The position numbers were made by a program, and so were the translations under genes. Below, piece after piece: positions 9,567 to 20,221 of a DNA stretch of 47,309 nucleotides; the stretch's first letter is position 1; every line of letters starts with the position of its first letter. Under the pieces are notes generated by a model, which saw only the letters and a list, made by a program, of their open reading frames with translations, had not been told where the DNA came from and did not search any database. Where the stretch lies: assembly GCA_002104905.1 (NCBI GenBank), contig MCFE01000674.1:1-47309 (forward strand), given 5' to 3'. Source of the DNA: Basidiobolus meristosporus CBS 931.73 (lineage: Eukaryota > Fungi > Basidiobolomycota).

Positions 9567-10336
9567 TCTCAAAAATGCGTGAAACTTGCTTGGGAAAAGG
9601 AAGGAACCAAGCTAATAGTGGCGGTATTTTGTTGCTCGACCACATCCGAGCCCATCCCGCCCACCTACTTGGAAAATTTCTCCAATACCCTGTGATCTTC
9701 GGATTTCGCACCGATGATTGGTGGAAACATGAAATTTTCATGAAAAAATTCCGAATGTATCTTTTTTCCTTGTTTTTTTGCACAAACAGCGCCAGATGAA
9801 GCAAATCTCCGTCGTTACACTAGCATAGGCAAGCTTTTCTGCAATTCATCCCTGATATTGCCGGGGCAACACCTAGTGCCATAGCCCTGTGTTAGATGTC
9901 AAAACACTCCAGCACTGGCTACGCGCCACGGAGGAATGATACACGCGGTTGATGAATCTACGTGCAGTTGGGCGTGACTTCGAAAGTCGAGATCACGCTA
10001 GTTGTAGCTTACTTGGCAAGTTGACAAATCCCCATTCATCAGATATCCACCTTCCAGTGTTGTGTTGAATAAGCTGTTGCTACCGAAGCAGTCACATCTT
10101 TGAGGAAATGCTATACGAAATTGAGGCTCTTGTTGCACAACCATTAGGCTCGAAGCTTATGATGTAGATTATGATGGTGCGATTGCTTAGCACATTGATT
10201 CGGGGACCACCCCAAATGAAATTCCTCCAACACCATAATCTTGATTGGCAGCTCAAGATATTGTTAGTCACTGTCAATGTAGAAATGGGCTGGTTCATAC
10301 CAACCAACGTGCCCACACCCAACATTGACCGTCAAC

Positions 10337-10987
10337 ATGCTGGAGAATAATAGTTTTTCTCCACGAGAGGTACGCTATCTCCGGATATCCAAGACACAGG
10401 TCCTCCAGATGATTCTGTACACAAAACCAGAGTACACAAGCTGGTTTAGCGACCACGTTTTCCAGGTACATCTTTCTCTCAACATTTCGAGTACGCAGCC
10501 TTAGTGACAAGGGGTTCCTTTTGGCAACATTTGTTTTTAAGTTGGTTCTAGCGGCCTTGCAGCCCTTGATTCCTAAGAAGATCTCAGACTCCAAAAGCAA
10601 AGATCCTCCCGCAGAGATCTATCGATCAGGTGAGTGCTGTTTGAATATACGGAAGAAGGCCGCCATCTAAGCCATTTTGTATTTCATTCCACAGGGGTTT
10701 TTCAGATGGCTTATACAATCGTGAACTCCACGCAACCTCGACATTATCTTCTGTTGCAAAACGCCCCCGTGAAGGTTGAGGAGGAGGAGAGTTTTGGCGC
10801 AAGAGAGAAACAGAAGGATTTCACCTACGACGGTTTCACCATCTACAAGAAGGCTCTGGTGGTTGTTGTGGAGCCTTACGATCCACATAGAACGGTCGAA
10901 GTACCAGACTTCATTACCCTGGAGCGTAAAACCCCAACAATTCGAGATTACATACCAAGCAATGATGCAGCCAATGGGGCCACTTGA
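10337..10987 (+). CDS. Conserved-looking fungal hypothetical protein (169 aa)
   Basis: Exons 10337-10465, 10542-10629 and 10695-10987 splice in frame through two GT-AG introns. Motifs VRYLRISKTQVL, SWFSDHVFQ, FQMAYTI, YDGFTIYKKALVVVVEP. Confidence 0.75.
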
Positions 10988-11228
10988 GGGGTGTTCTGTA
11001 TGTTTAGTCTGTCGCTCAAGTGTACAAATAAATTCCAATCGCGTTAGAGCGTCGTGTATTGGGCTGCATGGATCTAACGCGGGTATGCTCCACACGCGAG
11101 AAGGTTATGCGAAAGAACCAATAATAGCGACTACATTGTTCTGGCTGTGCTCGTACTGGCAAACCATGATACCTCTGGTTTATTGCTCATCTCTGAGGTG
11201 ATGACCTACACGTTTATTGTTTATACGC

Positions 11229-12503
11229 TCAATTATAGCACACAAAAACATCCCAGAGGTAGTCGAAGTCCTGCGAGTATCCGCCAAGGCTATCCAGAAT
11301 GCGGATGCCGCCGATTCTCTGCAGACCTGGCGAAAGTGGGACCAAGTCAAGCGAGAAGTCCAGAGAGCCATTGGGCGGGACATCCCCCAGATTCTTGCTT
11401 GAGTGGCCCACACTCAGCACCGAGTCCATCCTGGCTCTTTGCGTGGCCAGATGTGCCCGCATCGGTGCAGGCGTACGATTGAACATTCTGCATTGAACAC
11501 GAAACGGCTTCTCCAGGAATACATCCCGCGGTGTTTCAACCACTCGGAGCTCAATTCGCTCGGTTGGAGGAACCTTGCGCGTGAGCGGGCTGGTCTGTAG
11601 TCGGCCAGATTCACCGAGTGACGAGCGCCACATGATATCTAATTTCCCTAGTGCATTGGTGGTGCGAGAAGCCATGTCGTACAGACTCTTAGGGGTTAGC
11701 AGGTACACATATTGACGGATATCGCTGGGGGATAGGGATTCGCCAAGTCCCTCAACGCATGAAGGGTCCTCGGTACGATGGGCTGGGCTCGGTATGATTT
11801 GGTTGAGATCAGAATGGTTGAATTGTTCAGGTGGCTCGAAGCGCAACTGCTCCAGAAACATGGAGCTCGTCATGGTATTCTGCAGTTGGATCTCCAGTAG
11901 CACGCCCCCGTCGGGTCTGTTGTTCACCTTTGTTTTCACCGCCAGGGGGTTCAGTGTCTGGAACTTGTAGAACTGGCGGAAAAATTTTCTCTCCCCCGTG
12001 GGCGTGAGGTACTGAGCGGAGCAGACCAGTATGTGAATCCCAAGCTCTTTGATCTCCTGGCGGACCACGATCTCCTTGGTCTGCTTTGGGGCGAAATGCT
12101 CGAGTGGTGCAGCGGTCGTGTCGGCCAAAGGGATCCGGCTCGAAGTGGTTTGAATCTCGACCTTCACTCCCAGTTCTCTGACCGACTCGGTGTCCTCGTT
12201 GCTTAAGCATATATAACAGGCCAGGGTTTCTCCAAGGTAAAGGGTTCCCCAAGAATTTGGGAGCAGTAACGTCTCACTGAGCCCTAAATCTCGTAAATCT
12301 AGTGGAGGGCAAGTTTCTACAGAAGAATCTGTTTTGGTGTCAACCACGCGTGGATTGCCCCGGTGGAGTTGCTGTTGGACATCTGTACCATGCTCAAAGT
12401 AGATTGGTTGCAATGGAGCCGAGGTAGGCTGGGAAAGCCTCATAAGCCTCAGGCCAACGAGGTGTTTCTCGGTTTCCAAACCCTGGGTCTGTGTGGTTGT
12501 CAT
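11229..12503 (-). CDS. TRAPPC13: Trafficking protein particle complex subunit 13 homologue (intronless)
   Basis: HLVGLRLMRLSQP, LLLPNSWGTLYLGETLACYICLSN, ELGIHILVCSAQY, LGKLDIMWRSSLGESGRLQTSPL. Confidence 0.93.
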   Translation of the reverse strand: MTTTQTQGLETEKHLVGLRLMRLSQPTSAPLQPIYFEHGTDVQQQLHRGNPRVVDTKTDSSVETCPPLDLRDLGLSETLLLPNSWGTLYLGETLACYICLSNEDTESVRELGVKVEIQTTSSRIPLADTTAAPLEHFAPKQTKEIVVRQEIKELGIHILVCSAQYLTPTGERKFFRQFYKFQTLNPLAVKTKVNNRPDGGVLLEIQLQNTMTSSMFLEQLRFEPPEQFNHSDLNQIIPSPAHRTEDPSCVEGLGESLSPSDIRQYVYLLTPKSLYDMASRTTNALGKLDIMWRSSLGESGRLQTSPLTRKVPPTERIELRVVETPRDVFLEKPFRVQCRMFNRTPAPMRAHLATQRARMDSVLSVGHSSKNLGDVPPNGSLDFSLDLVPLSPGLQRIGGIRILDSLGGYSQDFDYLWDVFVCYN

Positions 12504-13096
12504 CGACGATATCTCTTAAATTAACCAGAGTGCCCTGACCATCTACTAGAGTATTTGGAGTTGTGCGGAGCGCGTATAAACCTATCAGATGAAACCTGCC
12601 TAAGCACCCAAACATGGTTCATCAGAGGCGAATTAAATCGGCAGCATCCAGATGGATGAATGTTTGTGATCTTTGGAATGAACTTTAATCACCGGATACT
12701 TGCATGACTGCTTGTACAAAAACCAGCAGAGCCATACAACCATCTTGATACGTTCGTGGTTTTGTTTGCGCCTGGAGACCCATACCATTGGGACGATCAG
12801 TAACACAGACCGTTTCACCCGATTCCGGACGACGGCAGATCAAATTCCCAACTCCCGACTGATGTTACTGTAGCGGTGCGTAGAAACGTCTCTTGTGAAG
12901 AGCAACGCCAAACACCTGACCCTTACAAAGTTTCAGTGGAGCTATGATGCTAGTCCTTTATATATCCCTTCTCTGCTGCGTCAAGCTCCATCCGTTGCTT
13001 TGGTGTTACTGGCAATTCCTCACCACCGAGCTACCTAGCTCTGTAGACAGCTGGCTTCATCCTCTTGATTATAGAAGTAGACGAATTTACGAGACC

Positions 13097-14773
13097 ATGT
13101 GCAAGATTCGGTCATTGATTCTGGTTGCGCTGCTTACCAATGGGTATGGCATCCAATACGCGTACGGAGCTCCCACAAGCCAAGCCTACAATCCAATTCT
13201 ATATAGCAAGAGGGGGTTGCTTGAGTCAGAATCAGCTTCAAGCTCTCGTTCCACCTTATTGCTCAATGAAGATGACGAGCATGAGACTAGCGATAAGTTA
13301 TTGATTCCACTATTAGAAAATACCGGCTATGTACTAGGCAGGATCCCGCTCCTAGGTGGCCTACTTGAGGGTTTGCTTCGTGGACGTATCCAGGGCGCTA
13401 AGCCTCCCAAACTCATCATCTCGTTTTCCCCCGCTGAAGCGAAACAAGTTGCAAAAGAGAGCATTCCTGAGATCGGGGCCTTCTTGAAACAGACTCTAGA
13501 TCAAAGCGCGGCCAAAAGCACCGGGGTGGAAGCCGCCAGGGCGAAGGAAGTCACAGAAAGAACAACAGCTAAAGCCAAGGAAGCGACCAGAAAGAAGGAG
13601 GCCGCCGGAGCTAAAGAACTGGCCAGAAAGGTGAAGCAAGCTAAGGAAGCCAAGGTGAGAGCAGCTACAGCAGCTAAGAAGGCAGCCAGAAAGTTGAAGG
13701 AGGCTGCCGGAGCTAAAGAACTGGCCAGAAAGGTGAAGCAAGCTAAGGAAGCCAAGGAGAGAGCAGACGCAGCAGCTAAGGAGGCAGCCAGAAAGTTGAA
13801 GGAGGCCGCCGGAGCTAAAGAACTGGCCAAAAAGGTGAAGCAAGCTAAGGAAGCCAAGAAGAGAGCAGATGCAGCAGCTAAGGAGGCAGCCAGAAAGTTG
13901 AAGGAGGCCGCCGGAGCTAAAGAACTGGCCAAAAAGGTGAAGCAAGCTAAGGAAGCCAAGGAGAGAGCAGCTACAGCAGCCAAGAAGGCAACCAGAAAGT
14001 TGAAGCAGGCCAAGGAAACAGCCAGAAAAATAAAGGAAGCCAAGGAGAGAGCAGCTACAGCAGCTAAGGAGGCAGCCAGAAAGTTGCAACAGGATAAGGA
14101 AGCAGCAAGAAAACAGAAGGAAGACAAGGAGAGAGTAGCTACAGCAGCTAAGGAAGTAAACAGGAAGATGAAGGAGGCCACAGAAAGAGCAGTAGCTGAA
14201 GCCAAAAAACTCGCCAGAAAAATGAAGGAGGGAAGTGCATCTGCGGTAGCCAAGAAGGAAGTCAGAAGGAAGAATGAAGCTATGAAACAAGCAGCAGCTG
14301 AAGCCAAAAGAGCCACCGAGATGAAGGAAGTTAAATCAAAAATTTCTGGCAAGGAGCAGAAAGTGCCCAGGGAAATGGTGACAAAACTGAGCAGTATGGC
14401 TACTAGTGTCAAAGATGCCATAAAAAAGGCAATCACTAAAACCAAGAAGGTTACCGACAAAATGGAGTCGGCCGCCAAGGCCAAGGAGAGTGCTGCAAAA
14501 GACAAAACGGCAGCTAAAAATGCGCCAATAGGGAACCCCGACAAACCAAAGGCGGATGGTTATGCCAAGAAGGCCCCCATAGTAAAAAGTGCACTATTGA
14601 GCATATTTGCCAGAGTGAAAGAAATAGATGACCAGATCAACGGGAGCGCTAGCAAAGTCAAGGCCTCCTTGGCAAAAATCAATTCTGAGGCCCGAAGGAT
14701 TGCAAGCAATAGCCCAAGCTCACCAACTGGATTCGTATCAGACGCGATTTCAAGTTTAAATTCTTTCTTCTAG
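13097..14773 (+). CDS. Predicted secreted Lys/Ala/Glu-rich repetitive coiled-coil protein (558 aa)
   Basis: ATG 13097 starts a signal-peptide-like segment (MCKIRSLILVALLTNGYGIQYAYGAP). A dibasic site follows (YSKR|GLL), then a long K/A/E repeat core. Single uninterrupted ORF. Confidence 0.8.
   Translation: MCKIRSLILVALLTNGYGIQYAYGAPTSQAYNPILYSKRGLLESESASSSRSTLLLNEDDEHETSDKLLIPLLENTGYVLGRIPLLGGLLEGLLRGRIQGAKPPKLIISFSPAEAKQVAKESIPEIGAFLKQTLDQSAAKSTGVEAARAKEVTERTTAKAKEATRKKEAAGAKELARKVKQAKEAKVRAATAAKKAARKLKEAAGAKELARKVKQAKEAKERADAAAKEAARKLKEAAGAKELAKKVKQAKEAKKRADAAAKEAARKLKEAAGAKELAKKVKQAKEAKERAATAAKKATRKLKQAKETARKIKEAKERAATAAKEAARKLQQDKEAARKQKEDKERVATAAKEVNRKMKEATERAVAEAKKLARKMKEGSASAVAKKEVRRKNEAMKQAAAEAKRATEMKEVKSKISGKEQKVPREMVTKLSSMATSVKDAIKKAITKTKKVTDKMESAAKAKESAAKDKTAAKNAPIGNPDKPKADGYAKKAPIVKSALLSIFARVKEIDDQINGSASKVKASLAKINSEARRIASNSPSSPTGFVSDAISSLNSFF
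13595..14002 (+). repeat. Four tandem 102-bp (34-aa) coding repeats, followed by degenerate shorter units
   Basis: Units start at 13595, 13697, 13799 and 13901; consensus KEAAGAKELARKVKQAKEAKERADAAAKEAARKL. Confidence 0.95.
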
Positions 14774-15917
14774 ACGTGGGTGCTGTTAGTAACTTATTGT
14801 TCATGTCACGCGCATGATGAAATAAATAATTTTAATCTTATTATCCAAATAAGTTCCCTCAAGCTATGACATATGGAATACCCATGTATGTGTAGGGATT
14901 GGTGTACTTGGCAATTGGTCCATTCCAAGGCATGGAACACACAGGGACTCCACCTCCGCATCCAACGCTATCCCATTAGGTGTGCGCCGCTGCGTTACAC
15001 AAGTTTAGCTGCCTTACCGTAGCCAAGATACTCACCCAGGGTCCAGGCAAGTTCAACTGATAACCCTCAAGGACCTTTATCAATGATAAGCACAACAGTG
15101 GTGACTCTTACGGTTGATTGGACGAATCGTCTACCAGGAAACCATTTCCACCTTCTGATTAAACTTTACGCCTTTCCAGCGACATGGACTGAGGATTCCC
15201 GCGATTAGCATTTTAGGCAGAAAGCATCCTTCAGTTTCCATGAAATTCTCATACGAAGCCTTCAGCACTTGTCATGATGTGTCGGAAATTCCAGGCATAT
15301 CCGGCGACTCTTTATTGGGGAAGCGGGAGTTCGACGCATCATCCGTAATAAATGAATTAACTTGGCTAATTGATTGCATCAGACGTCCGATTTGGCTAGT
15401 TTGTCTTTGTTCACTAACCAAGCTGGGTCATGCAAATTAAGGATCAAGGCAGATCATTAGTGGGCATTGGCGTAGATCAGCCGCGCCATTGCATCATTAC
15501 TCTAGTGCACTTGTCCGGGTGTCATAATTATTATCCGGGTGGTGGTGCCGGGTCTGCCAGTGTAGTCGCGGCAATCGTTGGGAGTATACAAACCCAAAGC
15601 ATCCGGGCGTGGCCGACATCTTGTTAATGTCGAGGATGATAAGCACTGCCCGCTGAATTTGCTGGTTAAGCGTAGGGCTGGATACAGTGGCTTCAACGCT
15701 GGCATCACGCTACGAAGTCCAGAGCAATGCCTGTGATGGGATAAATACGTCGAGTCATCAGAGTGTGTTCATGACCCCAGCGCTGAGCTACTCGGGGAGA
15801 GATTCGTTATCCTCTACTACCGTTGCGATGTGACTGGGCGCTTACATCACCTAGAATCATTTCACATATAAAGCCTCGAGATCTGCTCGTTCTGCAGCAA
15901 GTCCCCCGTTCTGTTCT

Positions 15918-16143
15918 ATGGATCCCGTTAAAACGAAACTCAAAGCCACCTCAGGCGCAATCAAGGAGAGTGTCGGCCACATCACAAGAAGTCAACGTTT
16001 GGAAGACAAAGGGGCAGCCGAACACGCCCAGGCACAGCACCAGCGAAGTTCCCACGGAAGGCAACCTACTAAACACAATGTGAGTAATAACAGTGGCTTG
16101 TTATCTGGCCAACAAAATCGCAACCCTAACACTGCAGGCATGA
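15918..16143 (+). CDS. Small CsbD-like stress protein (55 aa if spliced; 77 aa if unspliced)
   Basis: SGAIKESVGHITRSQRLEDKGAAEHAQ resembles the CsbD pattern. Candidate intron 16080-16137 (GTGAGT...CTAAC...CAG). Confidence 0.55.
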
Positions 16144-17320
16144 GCGATTAACATCCCTGAATCGGCTGTAACCCTTATTCTACAATAAACCCGCCTCCCA
16201 TCATCCACTTGGGGGTTGATATGATCATTACCACCAATCATTATAGCGATGCACCAGGAAAGCGAGCAAGCAAGATTCGAGTTCTGTTCTCTACTCGGAT
16301 CTCCACTTACAATCATTTGGCCATGTTTCCCGAGGCTCAGCCAAAACCCGCACAGTGTCCCATATTGTTTTGGCTGGGCCGATAGCCAAGATATGCGTAC
16401 TAAAGGATTATGTAGTCGGTTGCATCAAATATCCTCGTTCCGAACCGACTCTATTTGAAGTTCGAGATTGCCTCTTTAGCTCTTCTCTGTCGCTGTACGC
16501 TTCGCTCTTGGGTAGAATTTACCTTGGAGGAGACTTGGGAGTACATGTAGAGGAAGGGTCTTATCCCGTCATAAATCGACACCGTAGGCCTCTTTCAGGG
16601 TCGAAACGGATCCTTCGCAGGGTAGTTAGGGTATTTCCTAATAGCAGACTTATGAACAGGAAGGTCCATCTCGGCAGCACCTTCTCCACACACAGCTACC
16701 TAACTCCGCTATCTCTCCAAGCAAGCCGTTGCTGCTCTCAAGCATTAAGTCATATTGAGCCCAGACCCCACAGATCAGTGAACTGTGCATGCGACCCCTC
16801 AACCACTGCGAGGATAATAAAGCCAATTCTGCACATGTTTTAAGTTTCATAAGCGCCTCGTACCATATTTCAGCTAACCAAAGATCAACATTACACTCCT
16901 CAATTTCGTCCAACCGCCTACGGGAAGCCCTATCTGAAGGCTGAATACGCATACGTACTTCACGATTGTATTCGCCGGCAAAGTGTGCTAACACCGGAGG
17001 TACAAGACACGAAGTGCAATCAACACAACTTTTTCAGTACACTAATACTCAAGATCAACAGTTCATCGCCACCTTTATCAGTCATGGGGCTGCCAATCCT
17101 AAAATGAATCGGCTGTTACGTTTTACAGAATACTTTGGTCGCTGGGCAGTATTCATGCCAATGCTCGATCTCCCACGATAAATCTGGTGAGACTCGATTT
17201 CCAGATGTAGCCCCTGTATTTACTGGAGAGTGAACAATCTGTATAGCTTTTTTCCGGGATCCTGCATCTAATGGATTAGAGAATTTCGCCTTCCACAGTT
17301 TGCTGACGGTCGCTATTTAC

Positions 17321-18736
17321 ATGGCAAACAAACTATCAACCAAGCTCGAAGTCGAGGAGTTTCTAGCCTCTATCGACACGTTTCTTGTAGACTGTGATGG
17401 TAGGGAAGTCACAGCGGTTCTTATCGACAACCCGACTTGACGACGTCTTTGGTTTAGGTGTGTTATGGAAAGGTAGTGAAGTGATCGATGGCATTCGCGA
17501 GACACTCGACTACATTCGAGGCTTAGGTAGGTCTCCACGTATATTTGTACTAGGTTTCTGCTCACGACATGCTTAGGAAAGCGTATCCTATTCGTCACCA
17601 ATAATAGCATCAAATCCCGCCGGCAATACCTGTCAAAATTCAATTCCTTGGGCATCAAGTCCTCTGAGGTATACGATTGGGAAAAAAGTGCTCTTTGATG
17701 GAGGCTGCTGTTAACTGGTTGAACTTCCAAAGGAGGAGATCTTCGGCTCTTCTTATGCAACTGCATACTATCTAAAGCATATTCTGCATTTCCCCGACAA
17801 CAAGAAGGTCTATGGTGTTGGAGCAGACGGACTACGTGAGGAGCTCGAGCAAGAGGGAATCCAGGTCTGCGGTATAGGGGTAAGGCACCGAGAGTGTATA
17901 GGATTTCTTGATGTCCACCATTGATGCGAACTACTTTCTCCTTCAGGAGGATAACGAAGCGATCACCTTTGATGGCCTGAAGACCATTCAACCGGATGAC
18001 ACGGTAATGCCCATGCACAAATATAGCTGGCAGACAACCTAATCAAATGCCCTTAGATTGGTGCAGTAGTAATGGGGATGGATATCAATGTGAATTATCG
18101 AAAGTACGCCAAGGCTTTCACGTATTTGCATCACAACACTGAGTGTCATTTCATTGCAACCAACGAAGATATACTGGATCCAATCGCCGGAACCGTATTC
18201 CCAGGTACGTTTCGATGCCTCTACTCCGGCCTCAATGTTGACTAATAGGCCCTTCACAGCCGCAGGGGCATTTCTTTCTCCTCTGACAATTGCGTTAGAT
18301 CGAAAGCCGATCGTCATGGGAAAACCAGAAAAGCCGATGATTGACTGTATAGTAAAGAAGTGAGTCCCTTGCACTAGCATGCCGTGTGACATTTTCTGGA
18401 ACGCTTCTGATGTTTGCTAGGTATCATCTCGACAAGAGCAGGACCTGCATGGTTGGCGATAGGTAATTGGCGAATTACCAGTGACCTCGAGATTTGTGTC
18501 TAATAAGCTGTAATCGCTATTCAGGCTAAATACAGACATCCTCTTCGGTATCAATGGTGGTTTGAAAACCCTCCTGGTGTTGACGGGTAGGCATGATTGG
18601 TCAGAAAACCCAGAGGAAAGTGTTAACATGGAGCCCATTAGGTATTACTCAGGAATCAGAGCTAGCATCTGAGCAAGCTATCCGCCCTGATCATTATGCA
18701 GATGCGCTTAGCTCCCTCTACTACCTAACCCGTTAG
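17321..18736 (+). CDS. PHO13: HAD-IIA family phosphatase (4-nitrophenylphosphatase / Pho13-like), multi-exon
   Basis: FLVDCDG|VLW, LFVTNNS, EEIFGSSYATAYYL, FIATNED, MGKPEKPM, CMVGDR|LNTDILFG and LLVLTG motifs, spread over exons separated by about ten short GT-AG introns. Confidence 0.92.
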
Positions 18737-19433
18737 CCGCCAAGTAGACGCTCCGTGAAGAAGGAATGTTTTTTGGATCACAAATAGTCACCGGTCCTTC
18801 GCTGCCCACTATGTTGCTAGCGGCCTTCCTGGAGACAAAACAATAAAAATAGACATTTGAAGTTCTACACATCGAAGCCAGGCTTCGTCCCCTCCCTGTA
18901 TTTCTGCGGTTTGGAGGCTCGACTACGATCAGGCGAAATTTGATAAACGATTCCGATAATAGGAGTGATACTGACCAGTAGCTGAGTGTACATAGCAAAG
19001 AATACCATATCTAAGCTACCAGTACCGATTTACCCTTGACACCAAGCGAGATCTCTAACCAGAGCAACTGTGTTGTACTTCACACACAACATTCATTTTC
19101 CTCCCTAATTCCTCAATATCTTAAATCATACCGCAAGGCGCTTTATTTCAAATCGCTATGATACACTCACAACCTATTCCGTCCGCTATCGAAAATACTG
19201 AGCAGTGAAAAATCGCCCAGTTACTTCTATGCACGGCTAATGCTGCTGAGCTTAACTATACAGTGAACAATGATCAATCCAATACCACTCTCTCATGTTT
19301 TCAATGAGATAAGAGTTACGTCAAGGAAACGTAAAGGGCCACGATGATCACTGGAAAGGGCTAATTCATCTGTCAAAAGGAAAGCAATAAGCAACAGGTC
19401 TGGTGAGAAAGTGTAGACATCACGAAACGACCT

Positions 19434-19936
19434 CTAAAACATATCGTCGGATTCCTTTTTGCCAGGCTTCTCAAGTTCATCCTTATCGAATAGTTGCTTG
19501 GCACGTCTAATGTCCTCACTCATGTAAAGCAACTCCTCCACTCTGGTAAGCTTCTTCGGATCCTTACGCAGAGCGAACTTAAAGTCCTCCACTTTGACTT
19601 TTCCACGTCTATCTGCTACTTTGGCTGCTTGTAGACACTAGGGGTTTGACGAGTTTAGTAAATAAGTCAAGAACATGGGGTTGTATTGCAAAGGCAGATC
19701 GAACCATTCCCGTTATGTACTCGATCACCAGATCTTCCATGACATTGACGGTGTCGGCTGAAGGATTAGGTACATCACCAAAACCATACATGAGCAGTCG
19801 CACTACATAAAGTTAAAGAATAATATGAACTGGCATGACAAAGGAATGCCTAAGATGAACCCTCGATGCTTGTTCAAAGGATACATTCTTTTGTGAAAAG
19901 GCGCTTTTTATTTCCGGTCTTCGGCTTCAGCTCCAT
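19434..19936 (-). CDS. TAF13: TFIID subunit 13 (117 aa)
   Basis: Exons 19936-19885, 19802-19705 and 19637-19434 give KRLFTKELRLLMYGFGDVPNP...EDFKFALRKDPKKLTRVEELL. Confidence 0.95.
19803..19884 (-). other. U12-type GT-AG intron (TAF13 intron 1)
   Basis: 5' site GTATCCTTT; branch-like TTCTTTAAC about 10 nt before the AG; splicing restores KE|LRLLMYGFGD. Confidence 0.85.
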
Positions 19937-20221
19937 TTTCAATATTTCTGGATAACAAAAGACTGCTCTATTCAACTCTCAACAAAGCAATGGCATATAT
20001 ATAGTTTGAATAAATTTCCACGATTCAAAACTTTTTACCGCTGATTGATGGAGCCAGGATCAGGATCAGGATCATGATCTTGCGGAATCAGAGCATAATA
20101 GGAAGCCCAACTTGGATACTATTCCGTCAACTTATTTCAAAGCGAGCTGCATTGGATTTTCGTCTTATCCTTTCTCTTCAAGCATTATAAACGCTTTGGT
20201 TGTGTTGCTTACATCTTAATT

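Noticed and set aside
10089-10096. CAGTCACA (Homol-D-like) near RPS11
   Set aside because: About 520 bp from the ATG and absent upstream of RPL25; single occurrence.
13496-14544. Long Cys/Leu-rich and Ala/Leu-rich minus-strand ORFs (264 and 347 aa)
   Set aside because: Antisense readings of the Lys/Ala repeats; the low-complexity sequence simply lacks reverse stops.
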